DNA of 64,000 bases from Protoeuglena noctilucae (Eukaryota): the NCBI GenBank assembly GCA_958009085.1, contig OY253684.1, positions 1 to 64,000 of the forward strand, read 5' to 3'. Both the position numbers and the translations under genes were made by a program. Of this stretch, positions 47,841-59,500 are shown one piece after another (the first letter of the stretch is position 1; each line of letters opens with the position of its first letter). The notes beneath the pieces were generated by a model. That model worked only from the letters and a program-made list of their open reading frames with translations, did not search any database and had not been told where the DNA came from.

Positions 47841-48300
47841 ATGGTGGAGCGCGCGTTCGTGATCAAGTGCCTCGTTTTGGCCGCGCTGGGAGCCCTGGGC
47901 CCGGTCCTCGTCGTTGCGGCCTCAGCGCGGGAGGGCTTCGGCAAATGGGCCTTGTACGCGGGCTATGCAGCGCTCAACGTGGGCATGACGGTCGCCACGC
48001 CGTCCGTGCTGGTGGGCGTCGCACCCAGCGCCCCGACCGTCTGTGTCGCTCTTCTATGAGCTCACGCGCCCTTCCCGGTCCCTGCCGCAGAGCTCCGGGC
48101 CCCCGCTGGTGGCCTCGGCCCTCCGCAGCTCCGCGGCCATGGTGCTGCAGGGTGCCTTCGCGTGGCTCTTCTTCGGCCAGGCGCTGTCGGCGCGCTGGGG
48201 GGCGGGGGCCGCGTGCATCGCGGCGGGCACGGCGCTGGTCACCGCGGCGGCCGAAGCGGGCGCGCCGCCCAAGCCCGGTGTGCCTCCCAAGCGCGACTGA
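47841..48300 (+). CDS. TMEM42-like (DMT/EamA-fold) small membrane protein, 2 exons
   Basis: Four hydrophobic helices; LVASALRSSAAMVLQGAFAWLFFGQALSARWGAGAACIAAG resembles the TMEM42 C-terminal half; intron 48012-48090. Confidence 0.7.
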
Positions 48301-48315
48301 CCCCCGCCGCGCGAG

Positions 48316-49439
48316 ACACCGACGCTTGTGTCCCCGCCTACCCCTGGGCCGTGCGCTGCTGGGCGGCCGTGGTCGCGTACGAGGGCACTGACTTTGCGGG
48401 CTTCCAGCTCCAGCTCCAGGCCGGCGACCCCCGCGCGCGCACCGTGCAGGGGGCCCTGGAGGCCGCGGTGGAGCGTGTCACGGGGCAGCCACGCGCGGCG
48501 CAGAGCATGATTGCGGCGGGGCGCACCGACCGCGGCGTGCACGCCCGCGGGCAGCTCGTCTCCTTCCTCACCGGCGTGCGTGGGCGCGGCGGTGCCCCGC
48601 TCGACCCCGACCGCCTCGCACGCGCCCTCAACGGCGTCCTTCCCCCGGACGTCCGCGTCGCCCGCGTCATCGCCGTGCCCCCGGACTTCTCCGCCCACTA
48701 CGCCTGCCTGAGCAAGATCTACGAGTACGACCTCGCCACGGGGCCCTACGTCGACCCGTTCGCCCGCCGGACGTGCGCGGCGTTCCCGGGGCCCTTCGAC
48801 GTCGACAGAGCAAGGGAGGCGTGCCGGGCGCTGGAGGGCGCCCACGACTTCACGCAGCTGTCGACGCGGGCGGCGGACGGCGCCGAGCGCGACCCCCGGC
48901 GCATGGTGCTGAGCTGCACCGTGCAGGCGCTGGCGGGGGGGCACGGGTGCCGCATTCGGGTGCAAGGCGCGGGCTTCCTCTACCGCCAGGTCCGGCACAT
49001 GGTCGGGGCGGTGGCGGCGGTGGCACGCGGGCGCTGCTCCCTCGCAGCACTGCAGGAGCGCCTGGCGGTGGGGGGCCGCGTTCCCAGGGGGGAGCTGCCG
49101 CCGCTGTGGGCCGTCGCGCCGCCGCAAGGGCTGACGCTCAGGCGAGGGCGGGGGCGAGTAGCGGGGGCGCTCTGCAGCGACGCTTTTCGCTCATATGTCG
49201 CCCTCCTCGCACGCAGCGCTGTGGAGGTCCCCGACCCTCTGCCGCTCCCGGAGGATCTGATGTTCCCTGGCCTGCCCCACGCCGAGTCGGGCTTGGTGGA
49301 CGGCGCAGCTGTCCTCGCCATGGACGGAACGCACCTGGAGGACGCCATAGGGGCATACCTGGGTCGCACAGGCTCTGGCACACTTCTAACGGGAGTTTAT
49401 TCGGATTCGCTGCATCCCTTGCCCTCTGAGGTCGCTTGA
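48316..49439 (+). CDS. truA: tRNA pseudouridine synthase TruA family; initiation codon not evident
   Basis: VAYEGTDFAGFQ, RTVQGALE, AGRTDRGVHARGQ (catalytic Asp), GAHDFT, GFLYRQVRHMVG and APPQGLTL. Confidence 0.9.
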
Positions 49440-49557
49440 AATGAGCATATGTGGTAGGTTTCCCTGGGGAGTTTCTAAGAGAGAAGACGAGTGCGCGGGT
49501 TCGGCGCATTTCGGGAAGCGGCGTTTGGGCAGTCCACGGGCGCGCGCGACTCGTAAC

Positions 49558-52255
49558 ATGGCACAGTCATTGAAGCACAAGAAGGTCTCGCTACCGGAGC
49601 AGGCGGATGCAGAGGCGCCCCGCAGCAAGGATGGAGCGTCCTCGGCAGGTGCGGCGCGTACACGTCTGGGCTAGGCGTGCCATCATAGCATCGTCAATTG
49701 AGCGGATTAGGGGCAGGAGATGGGATTCGGACGCCATCGTGTCCAGGGTCCTCGGGACACGTTTAGGGTCATTGGGCCCGAGGTTCCTTGAGATTTTCAC
49801 CGCCTCTTGACCCTCAGGATGCTGTCCCCTGGAACCCGAAGACCTTGTATCCCCGGATCTGTGGGCAGCCGGGGAGCGGCCTGCGAGGAGCCGCTGTGGG
49901 AGCCGAAAGAGCGAAGGCCCAGACCCTCGCATCGACTCGCGACGCCTGAGCTTCGGCAGCCGGGCGTCCTTTCGGGCCAACACGCACCCGGAGCTGCGGC
50001 CACCCACGAGGAGGGAGCGCCTGCTCAGCGCCGTCGCGGACAACGCCACCGCGATGCGCGCCCGGCCCGTCATCCCCCTGGCGGCCCTGCTTGCCATGGC
50101 TGCCGTACTGGGCACTATGCTGGCCCTGTTCTCGGTGATCGACTCGAGCGACCGCGCCCGGCAGATGGACTACACCCGCGCCATCGCGCTCCACGCGAAG
50201 GCCGCGGCGGAGACGCAGTCCAAGACGTGGGTACACCCGGCCGCGGCCATCGGTTCGATCATTCAGCTGGACCCGAGCGTGCCCGCCAGCCTGGCACACT
50301 TCGCCGAGGCGGCTCCGCAGGTCCTCAGCAGCCTGGGCATCGACGGAGACGCCTCGACCACGACGCTGCAGTTCGCCCCGGACACGGTCATCGCGGCCGT
50401 GTACCCGCAAACGGCGGCCACAGTGGGGGCCATCGGGTTGGACATGTTCTCCCTGCGTGGTAAGGGCACCCACGCGGCCATCACGGTAGCGATCCAGAGC
50501 GGGCAGTACTACTTCCGTGGGCCACACATGGTCAGCGGGGGAGACGCCGGCGAGGTGGAGCTGGCGGTGCGGTACCCCGTGTTCGTCAACGTGACGTCCG
50601 CCACCATATTGAGCTCGGATGGGTCCCAGGGGTCCACCACGGGGGCGCACTTCTGGGACGTATCGCCTGCTACTGACTCGGCGCCGGCGACGGTGTTCTG
50701 GGGATTCGTGAACGTGTTGCTGGACTGGGACGTGCTGCTCGCGTCCATGGGCCTCGACACGGGGGTGACCAGGCGAGGATGCGGGCTGGCATGGGTGTGT
50801 TGCGTGTGCTCGTGTCGCTGGGCACAGGCAAGAGCGCCCTTGCATCGCAGTGTGGGGTGGCGGCTCGTCAATCCCGCGCACAAAGCGGGTGCGCCCGACA
50901 CGGTCCTGGCCCAGTCGAGCACGCCAGCGACCGGAGTCGTCCAGCGCGTCAGCATCAACGTGAGGCGTGCAATGGTTTGACCTGAAGAGCCGCGTCCCCG
51001 GTTGCTTGACGGTGAATTTGAAGGGAGAGGATCCTCTCGTCTGCTACGCCCACCGCCCACCCCCGCAGCTCCAGCGCGACGCGTGGGTCCTGGAGGTGGG
51101 CCTCACGACGTCGCCCGTGCCGCGATGGATGCCGGCCGCCTGGACCGCGGCAGCTCTGGTGACCCTGGCTGTGGGCGCCCTTACCGTCGTGACGCTGCTC
51201 TCCCACAGACACGTTGCTCTGCTCGAGGCCTTGTTACCCCGCCGGGTCATCGCCGCCCTCTACCGTCGCGACTTCGTGGCTGAGGCACTCCCCGACGTGG
51301 CGGTGCTCTTCGTCGACGTGGTCGAGTAAGTCACGACAGCTACCTATTGAGCCAGCCACAGCGCGGTGCAGTGCGTCGCATGGTGCACGACATATGTCGT
51401 CTTCGGGAAGAGCCTACGAGACCTGTCATCGCCTGACTCGCCGCGCTCCGCAGGTACACGCGCCTCTCGTCCCGCATGGCGCCCATGGAGGTGCTGGCGA
51501 TGCTCAACACCCTCTACGACACCTTCGACGAACTCTGCAGCGGCTTCGCGCTCGTACGCAAGCTTGACATCATCGTGAGCGAGCTGCGGGGGCTTGCAGC
51601 CACTTGCACGCCGGCAGCGATGGCTGTCGGCTTTACTGCCCCATGCTGCGCGAAGCAGGCACAGAGCAAACGCCTGCTTTCCGTCGCAGGGGGATGCGTA
51701 CATTGCGGTCAGCGGTGCGGAGCCTGGCAGCGACCCGGTGGCGTCGGCCGAGCAGCTGGCGCGGCTGGCGCTGGCGATCGTGGCTGCGGTGGATGCTCAC
51801 CCCTACGTGCACCGGGAGAGGCTGCAAGTGCGCGTGGGCCTGCACGCGGGCCCGGTGGTGGCCGGGGTCGTGGGAGCCCGCAAGCCGAAATGGACCTTAC
51901 TGGGCGATACCATGAACACGGGTACGTGCTTGGTCGATGCAAGAAAGTAGGCTTAGTGATTTACCAGTGCTCTGACGCGGCCATCTCGGCTGCACGCGAC
52001 ACGTGCCCCATTGTGACAGCGACACACCCGCTGCCGCCCGCAGGCAGCCGCATGGAGAGCACGGGGGAGCCCGGGCGCGTGCACTGCTCGGAGGCTTTCC
52101 GGGATCGGCTGGCGGGGAGGACCGTCGACCTGCGCTTCGACCTGCGCGGCCACAGCGTGTTCGTCAAGGGCAAGGGCGCCATGACGACCTACTGGCTCAC
52201 GCGCGCCCCCGCCATCTCCGCCAGCGTCACCTCGGCCACGGTGCAGGAGGTATGA
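49558..52255 (+). CDS. TM-CHASE-TM class III adenylate/guanylate cyclase
   Basis: CHASE motifs LQFAPDTVIAAVYP, AIGLDMF, GPH, RYPVF and FWGFV; cyclase motifs LFVDVVEYT, IGDAY, VRVGLHAGPV, GDTMNTGSRMES and VKGKG. Confidence 0.9.
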
Positions 52256-52360
52256 GGACCCCTTGCAGCGGGGTCCAAGCCCAAAGCCCAAAGCTCCTCT
52301 GTTTCCTCGCTTTTCCATCTGTTTTAGGTCCGCAAGTGCATGACTACGCTTTCCTAGCCA

Positions 52361-52485
52361 GCTCCTGTCCCTCGCACACCTTTCGTGCTTTCCCTGGGCA
52401 GCTCCTGTCCGTCGCACACCTTTCGTGCTTTCCCTGGGAAGCTCCTGTCCCTCGCACACCTTTCGTGCTTTCCCGGGCAGCTCCC
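52361..52485. repeat. 40-bp tandem minisatellite, about 3 copies
   Basis: GCTCCTGTCCCTCGCACACCTTTCGTGCTTTCCCTGGGCA at 52361, 52401 and 52441 with 1-2 differences. Confidence 0.95.
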
Positions 52486-52943
52486 GTATTAGCTTCACTC
52501 TCAGCGTCGTGCTCTCGTGTGGCTGCCGGCGGCATGCACACACTCTGTTCCCATAGTCGCAGCGGCTAACGCAGCGCCACTCGCGACTTTCGGACAGCTT
52601 TGCGTCACACCAGTATCCTTTTCCACACCAATACACTTATATACACCAACACACTTGTTTTGGCATGCCCTGGGTCAGCGAGAATCGCACCTCATTTCTC
52701 TGCTGACCATCTTCGTGGCTGGCCCTTCCACAACCGTAGCGCAGGTGGTACCCTACACTCCCTGCTTTGGCATCCGGGTTTTTTGGTGCAGCAGAGAAAC
52801 CGCCTGCACTGCTTTGCACATCTCTTTTTCCGTCGTGCCTGTTCTCCTAGCGACTGCTAATCGCAAGGCCCCCTCCGGTGCAGTACGTACAATACTTGGC
52901 ATTTGCGCCTGCGACCTCGCAGTTTCAACATGGAAACGGTCCG

Positions 52944-53591
52944 TCACTCGAAGTAGAGACCAAAGACGTTAATGACGCAGTACATGGTGTGGGACTCGTA
53001 GCTGACCGAGGCAAAGCTGTCCGTCTTGACGTTCCACAGCGCACGCGACACCACGCGCATGGCCTGCCCCAGGCGCTGCCCCACGGTGACCTGCACGATG
53101 ATCTTGTACCGCGTGTACCCCAGCTCCTTCACCTTGGTCAGCACCGAGTCCGCCAGCATCTTGCTGCGCGCGGGGGGCGAATGGCACTCAAAACACGCCG
53201 GGACAACTTGCCTATCCTCGCGACGCCGGCAGCCCCGCAGTTGGGCTCCGCGGCAGCCCTCACCTCAGCGAAGGTCCTTTCCTGCCATCGTAGTCGTTCC
53301 CCTTCACGTGCTCGTCCACCACCGCGTTCAGAATGGCCATGACCTGCGAGGTGGCAACACGAGCCGAGCGCGTGCTTGCGACACAGATTCGGCATCGCCC
53401 GCATCGCGAGAGTGGAAAATACACGCAAATGTACGCGCGGAGCGAGCGATGCCGGTCCGGCGTCACACCTTGTGCCGCTGGAACTTGACACCCTCCCCGT
53501 ACCCCTCCGGCTCCATAATGTACGTGTTCTCGTACTGCTTTGACCCCTCCCCCAGGTTGGGGTCATCCATCATGACCACGTCCGCCGCCAT
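52944..53591 (-). CDS. Tctex1-family dynein light chain (Tctex2/TCTEX1D-like), 3 exons
   Basis: YENTYIMEP, RYKIIVQVTVGQRLGQAMRVVSRALWNVKTD and VFGLYFE* C-terminus. Confidence 0.92.
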
Positions 53592-54067
53592 CGCGAGCCC
53601 CCCTGCGACGCACGCGCGGGATAGCTCTCAGAGAGCGCAGGGAGCCCCCCGCGTCGGTCGCCGGGCTCACCGCTAGCCACAGACACGCGGCGAACATGAG
53701 GATTCCAGGAGTGGGAGAGCGCAGGCGAGCGCATCTGGGGCGCCCGCGCAGACGAGGCAATTGCAAACACGTGACATGCGAGCACCTTTGTCCTTCGCTC
53801 AGAGCAGGTCGAGGAGTCAGCCACCACGCGTGATCCTCCCCGTTCGTATACGCACTTCGCTGTGTCACGGCCCCCTGTTTTGGACCACCGTTCGCAAGAT
53901 CCAGCAATGAAAAGGCCCTTTGCGTTGAACAGTCACGAGCAGCGCGAGGAGATGCACTTTCAGTCGCCGGAGGCATTCATAGTCGCGCGCACAGACAGCC
54001 TTATGCGGGGGCCCGCGACGTTGAAATCACTGGCGCAGCGCCAGTGCGCGCTCGCAGCTTCCCCGCG

Positions 54068-57000
54068 TCACTGCAGCCCCTTCAGCAGCGCCTGGGCAAC
54101 GGTCTCTGCCTTGTTTAGGGACGCGAGTTTCTCCAGATAGGTGGCTGCGGGCGACGCACTCCCCAGGAGTTGCAGGCGTGAAGGAGGCGCGGAGGCCAGC
54201 CAGCAGGTTGCATCGGCGCGCTCACCCGGGCAATCGACGCTCGTGGATCCAATGAGGATGTCGCGCTCCAGCTGCGCCGACAAAACGTGCGCCACGCGCA
54301 TCTCGGCGTGCGTCATCCCCCCCACCATGAACACCACCAAAAGCCGCCCGCGTGGCTTGGAGCTGCTCTGCGCGACGCATGAAAAGACATCGTTGGGACA
54401 CAGTCCGCGCAGCTGCACATCGCTTTCGGAGCGAAAGCTCAGGCGCCACAAGTTTTGTCACTCGCATCCACCCAGCAGAGCGAGGGTGGCTCACCTGCGA
54501 GGCCGCATCGCCGCCCTGCGCCTCCAGCTCCCTCGCACGGCGCGCCCACCCCACCGAGTGGGGTCCCCGGTTGACGCGCGCGCTCTGCACCTGCAGCGGC
54601 GCCCCCGAGGCCCTCCCCGCCGCGCGCGCCTGCGCCACCGGGACTGCCACCCAGGGGAACTCCTCTCGGCTCAGCGTCCCCGCCGCCATCTCCTGCACGC
54701 GGTCCATCAGCACGGGCTGCACCCGCATGTGCTCCCACTGCCCCTCCTGCACGTTCGCCGGGCGGTTGGTGCGTGCCTTGCGGCCCCCGAAGCGCAGGAG
54801 TGCCGTGCGCCCCCGCTTGGACACCTGCGGCGGAGCAGGCGAGGTGGGTGAGTGAGGGGGTCTTTGATTGCAACAACGGCGGGGACTGCGATGAAAGAAG
54901 CAAGGCGTACAGGGTTTGGCAAGCGACAAAGTGTCTCTGCCGTCCCCCACTTCCCGCTCTTCATTCGTCCCTCCGCCTGCACTCCATCTACTCCCCTCTG
55001 TAACCCCCATGTGCGCCCTCCTGCTCCCCCCACCTGCACCCTTCACTCTCCCCTCACCACCCCACCACACCAACCCCCACCTACCCCATCCACTGTCCCC
55101 ATCACCTGCACCCCGAAGAACTCCAGGTTCTGCACGACCTGTATGTCCTGCGGCGTGATCCTGGCCACGGACTGCCACTGCATGGCTTTGCTCTGGTCCA
55201 TGCGATCGGGGTGGGCAGCCGAGTAACACATCAACAGCCGGACCTTCTCGTCTCGCGTCAGCCCGGGCAGGCGCTCCAATAGCGCAAACACCTCCTTGTG
55301 GCTCGCCTCGCCTAACAGCAGGTCCTGCTCCAGGGAACCCACCTGGGCCAGGCCACGCTCCTGAGAAGGGAGACGGGTGTGTAGGTGTGTGGGTGTTTAA
55401 CATGTGTGTAACAATACTGTCATGTGAGGTGGCACAGCGGGGGTGAGGGTGCGTGCAAAAGGATTCTGCTAAGCGAAAGAGTGCCAGAGGGCTAAGAGGC
55501 GAGGGGCAGAGAGAAGGGACGAGGCGCATGGGACGTGGGCAAGAGAGGGCACGTGCGAGCGTTGTGTGCACCAAGGCGTGCCCCCTCGCCTGGGAGTGTT
55601 TCATGAGTTTGCCGGTGATGTCGAGGTGCAGGGAGAGTCGGTTGAGGAAGTCGGTGAACTCTGGCAGGGCTCTGGCAGCAGCCGCCAGGTCGGACATCTT
55701 GGGGGCCGCGCCCTCGCCCTTCTTGCCCAGCACCGACTGCACCTTGGACTTTTGCAGGAAGTCCGCATTGGCCTTGCCCAGGTAGCTGCGGGGGCGATGG
55801 GTGCAATGGCAAGTGACGCACGCTGCTAATGATGCGCAAATGGATCGTCACGCTTGCCCCGCTGAATGCACCCATGCCTCGCATGGCTGTGGTAAACATC
55901 TGTGCCACCCCGCATGCCCTCATGACAGATGCTATGTCATCCCATGTTTCAGCCTCACTTGGTTGCCTCGGAGATGAACAGGTGCCGTATGTCGGCGAAC
56001 ATGGGGTCCCCCTCCCCAATGGCCACCTGCCGCGTCTTGGGCCCCTCCGCGGTCGTCACCGTGTGCTCGTACGTGACCGCATCTCCCAGCACCAAGTCAT
56101 GAGCCATGGCCTCGTAGGTCCACGGGTGCACGGCGGGGCCCACGGGGTCGATGGCCCGGTCGACCACCAGCAAGTCGCATGTGTCGTATTTGGGAAGCGT
56201 TGACCCCGGTGCCTGCGTGAGCGCCACCATGCGCTGGTGCAGGGCCTCGGCCACGCGCTGAGCGACAAGCACGCGCGCCCCCTGCCCGGGGGGGTCGTGC
56301 TCCTGGGGGACGGGGCCAGAGCGGTACCTGCGTGGGAGAGGGGGGGGAAGCTGGGGTGTGGGTGAGTGCTGTGTGGGTGAATGCAGGTGTGGCTGAGCGC
56401 AGAGAGCAGATGTGGGTGAGCGTAGCAGGTGTGGATGAGAGCAAATGTGGGTGAGCGTAAAGCGGAGGTACGGGTGAGGCTCTGCAAAATGATGACAGCA
56501 AGTCATCGCGTTGCATCCGGCACCTGTCCCAAACCCCTCCACCCCTTCACCCACCCCCTGCCCCTCACCGTATGGCCGGCACCTGCCCCAGGGACGCGAA
56601 CAGGCACGAGAGTCTCATGGCCACGTGGTCGATGCATTGGGTGTAAGAACGCGAGGCGTCGCACCCCTCCTCGAAACAATGCTGGAGTGCCTTGGGGTGC
56701 ATGGTGGAGAAAGACAGGGAGTCAACCACGGTGATCTCCAGGTTCGCCTCTCGCAGGGCGCGGAGGGCGTTGAGCAGCGGGGGGCTGCTCTTGACCATCT
56801 CCACCAGAGGGGCGGGGACGCTCGAGGTGAAAAAGACGTGGGCGTCTCTGCACCGGAGGGGGGGAGGGATGGGGGGAAGGGAATGGAGGGGAGCTTTAAG
56901 TGTTGAAGTGTGATTTTTTTTGAAGACATGTAGTAAAGAGGTAGGCTGGCTAAGGAGGTATCATTGGCAAGGGGTGGTGCGCATGACCCCCCCCTTGGGC

Positions 57001-57774
57001 ACCCCCACTGCAGGGGCGCCCCTCACTTGTACAGTGGGCCCCCCTCCCCAGCAAAGTCCCGGTTGAGCGCTGTCACGTTCTCCTGACTCGGCGCCAGGAA
57101 GTAGACTCCCGCCATGGCGCGGCATGGCTGGCGCTTCTGTGGGGATGAGGGGAGGGATGAGATACGTGGGTGTCAAGAAGGCAGCTGCTGCGCATGCTGA
57201 GGGAGATGCGTACTGGTTAAGAAGGCAGCTGCTCGGGTGGCGAGGAGATGTGCATGGGACACTGGCAGCTGCGTGTGAGGTGTGAGGTGTGACGCCCAGG
57301 GCCCTTGCCTTCGAGATGTCCTCCACGCAGCTGACGTTGCAATCGAGAATGTCTGGGGCGAGGGGCGAGCGAGGAATCGGTGAAATGCTGTCATGTTACC
57401 GCAACGAAGGCTCCGCATGCGATATCAGACTGCACCTCCGCACCTGTCATGGTGCACAGCGACGACACGATGCGCGTGGCCAGGGCGTCCATCACCAGCA
57501 CGCGCCATTCTCCAGGTCCCCCCGACGCAACGATGATGTCCGTCTGCGCGACGTGGGAATGCCGGCCGCGTCATCCGCTGCGCACGCGCGATGCCCCATC
57601 GCACTTTGGCACTCCGCCCCCTCCCGCAGCTCCCGGCACCCCGGCGACGGGGCCAGCAAACAGCCTCCTCTGTTAACGACAACGAGAATTCGCATGTGCG
57701 GTGGCCGGCGACGCTGCGGACCCTCAGCGCGCACGCACCAGGAACTTCTTCTTCAGCACCTCCTTGAGCCTCAT
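54068..57774 (-). CDS. SEC1: Sec1/Munc18 (SM) family protein, exocytic SEC1/KEULE type
   Basis: WRVLVMDALATRIVS, VEDISKKRQP, LLVVDRAIDPVGPAVHPWTYEAM, SLEQDL and VFMVGGMTHAEMR...IGST. Confidence 0.92.
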
Positions 57775-58177
57775 GGCGTCCCCGAGAGCAGCTGTCCCGC
57801 TGCCGGTAGAACGCGGAACACGACCTACGCAAGCTTATGCACGGAGGCAGGCACAGCGCCCCGCGGCATGGTAATAGGCCCTCTACTCTTGGGTCCCCTT
57901 ACTTCGTGCGTGGGGACGGGCCGTTCCGCTGCAGCTGGCTGATCTAGCAACAGTACCAGCTAGCTTGCGTGTCACTTTGCCACGCCTCGCTTTCTGAAAT
58001 GCACTAGATGGTTTCCAGCTGGCCACTGGCCAGCGTGCCAGGGAAACGGGCCCTGCAAGAATCGCTGGGACGCGGTCGTGAGGGTCTGCCGTCACCGGCT
58101 GGCTGTTATTTCCTGTGGCAGGAGGCCGGGGTAGAATTAGACCTAGCAGCCGGGACAGGCCAGCGGGAGTTAGCACG

Positions 58178-59198
58178 ATGCAGCAGTTAGGCCAATTACT
58201 TCGCCACCCTCTGCATGAGTTTGTTGAGGCCTGCGGTATCAACCTGGTGTCGGAGCTGGGCGACAAGACCTTCATCCTGTGCATTTGTGAGCACGCCGTT
58301 GGGCCTGTGCTCGGGCGCTCGTTCAAATTCCCTTAGAATCGCCCGCGTCCGCAACGCTGGCAGCGCGATCGTAATCCTTTCTTTGTTTTCTCAGTGCTCT
58401 CGGCCAAGCACAGCCGCATCACCGTCTTCGCGGGGTGCCTGGGGGCGATGGTCGTGATGACGGTCGCCGCGACGATCATGGGCTCCGTCGCAAGCCACCT
58501 GCTGCCGGCAACTCTGATTGAGGTGAGTACCAACTGGAGGACTGCTGCGGACTGCTTGCGCAAGTCGCGGAGGCCGCGCCCCCTTCTCCAATTCCCGGGG
58601 CGCACACCCAAGCGGAGTTTCCCGCGCCCACGCTCCCGCGCACCCGCCCCTGCGCGCGCAGGCAGTGTCGTGCGGCCTGTTCCTCTTTTTCGGGGTGGCG
58701 AACATCCGCGCCTACCTTCGCGGGGACGAGGACAGCGACGACGAAGACGAGGTGGAGGAGGAGATTGAGAAGTTCAAGCGAAAAAAGGACGGAATGGGGG
58801 CCCTGTCATCCTTCGTCAGGCGAGATGCAGGCGACTCGGCCTTCCCTCACAGCCCCGCGCTGCCCACCCTGCTGTGAGACGCGTTCGTGCACCCCCTCCG
58901 CCTCCGCAGCCCTGTGATGCTCCAAGCCTTCTTGATGACGGTGGTGGGGGAGTGGGGGGACCGCTCGCAGGTCGCGGCGGTGGGGCTGGCGGCGAGCAAA
59001 ACCCCACTTGCCGTCTGCCTGGGTGGCATTGCAGGGCAGGCCGTGGCGCTGGCGCTGGCGACGGTGGGCGGGCGGGAGCTGTCCCACATGATCTCCGAGC
59101 GGACCATGGGCCTCTTCGGGGGACTCCTGTTTTTGGCGTTCAGCTTGGGGTCCGCGTGGGAGCTGCTGGAGGTGTGGAGGGCGACTGGCGCGGTCTGA
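58178..59198 (+). CDS. GDT1: GDT1/TMEM165 (UPF0016) Ca2+/Mn2+ transporter
   Basis: Two signature motifs, ELGDKT and EWGDRSQ, with an acidic central loop. Confidence 0.93.
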
Positions 59199-59500
59199 CG
59201 TGCAGCAAGGACGCGAGACGGCGTTTGAGAGAGCGCTATCTGGCCCCCGAGCGATTGGAATTGGGAAGAACTAGCTCTTAGTTGAAAGTCGGGGTGAAAA
59301 GAACCGGCGCAGGTGGCTGGATGGCCCCGCAAATGTGCTCGGTGTCTCCTCGTCCCGCGTCGCGGGGCCCGAGCCTGAGCCTTAGCCGCTGTTCGGTGCT
59401 TCGTTAGTTGCACTAGCTCTCTCGGATTCGGTGGAACAGCGGCCCTCGCGCGGAGCCCTGCCACGCGCCCCGTGCGACTTTCCGACGCTCCGCCGCTCCC

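Noticed and set aside
52361..52485. 40-bp repeats as a CRISPR-like array
   Set aside because: Units are directly adjacent with no unique spacers, no cas genes are present, and the context is eukaryotic, so this is an ordinary minisatellite.
3373..59198. Nearly all genes end in TGA, raising possible TAA/TAG-to-Gln reassignment as in some ulvophytes
   Set aside because: No in-frame TAA/TAG was seen in conserved exons, ABHD18 ends at TAG at its expected C-terminus, and TGA bias is expected at high GC.
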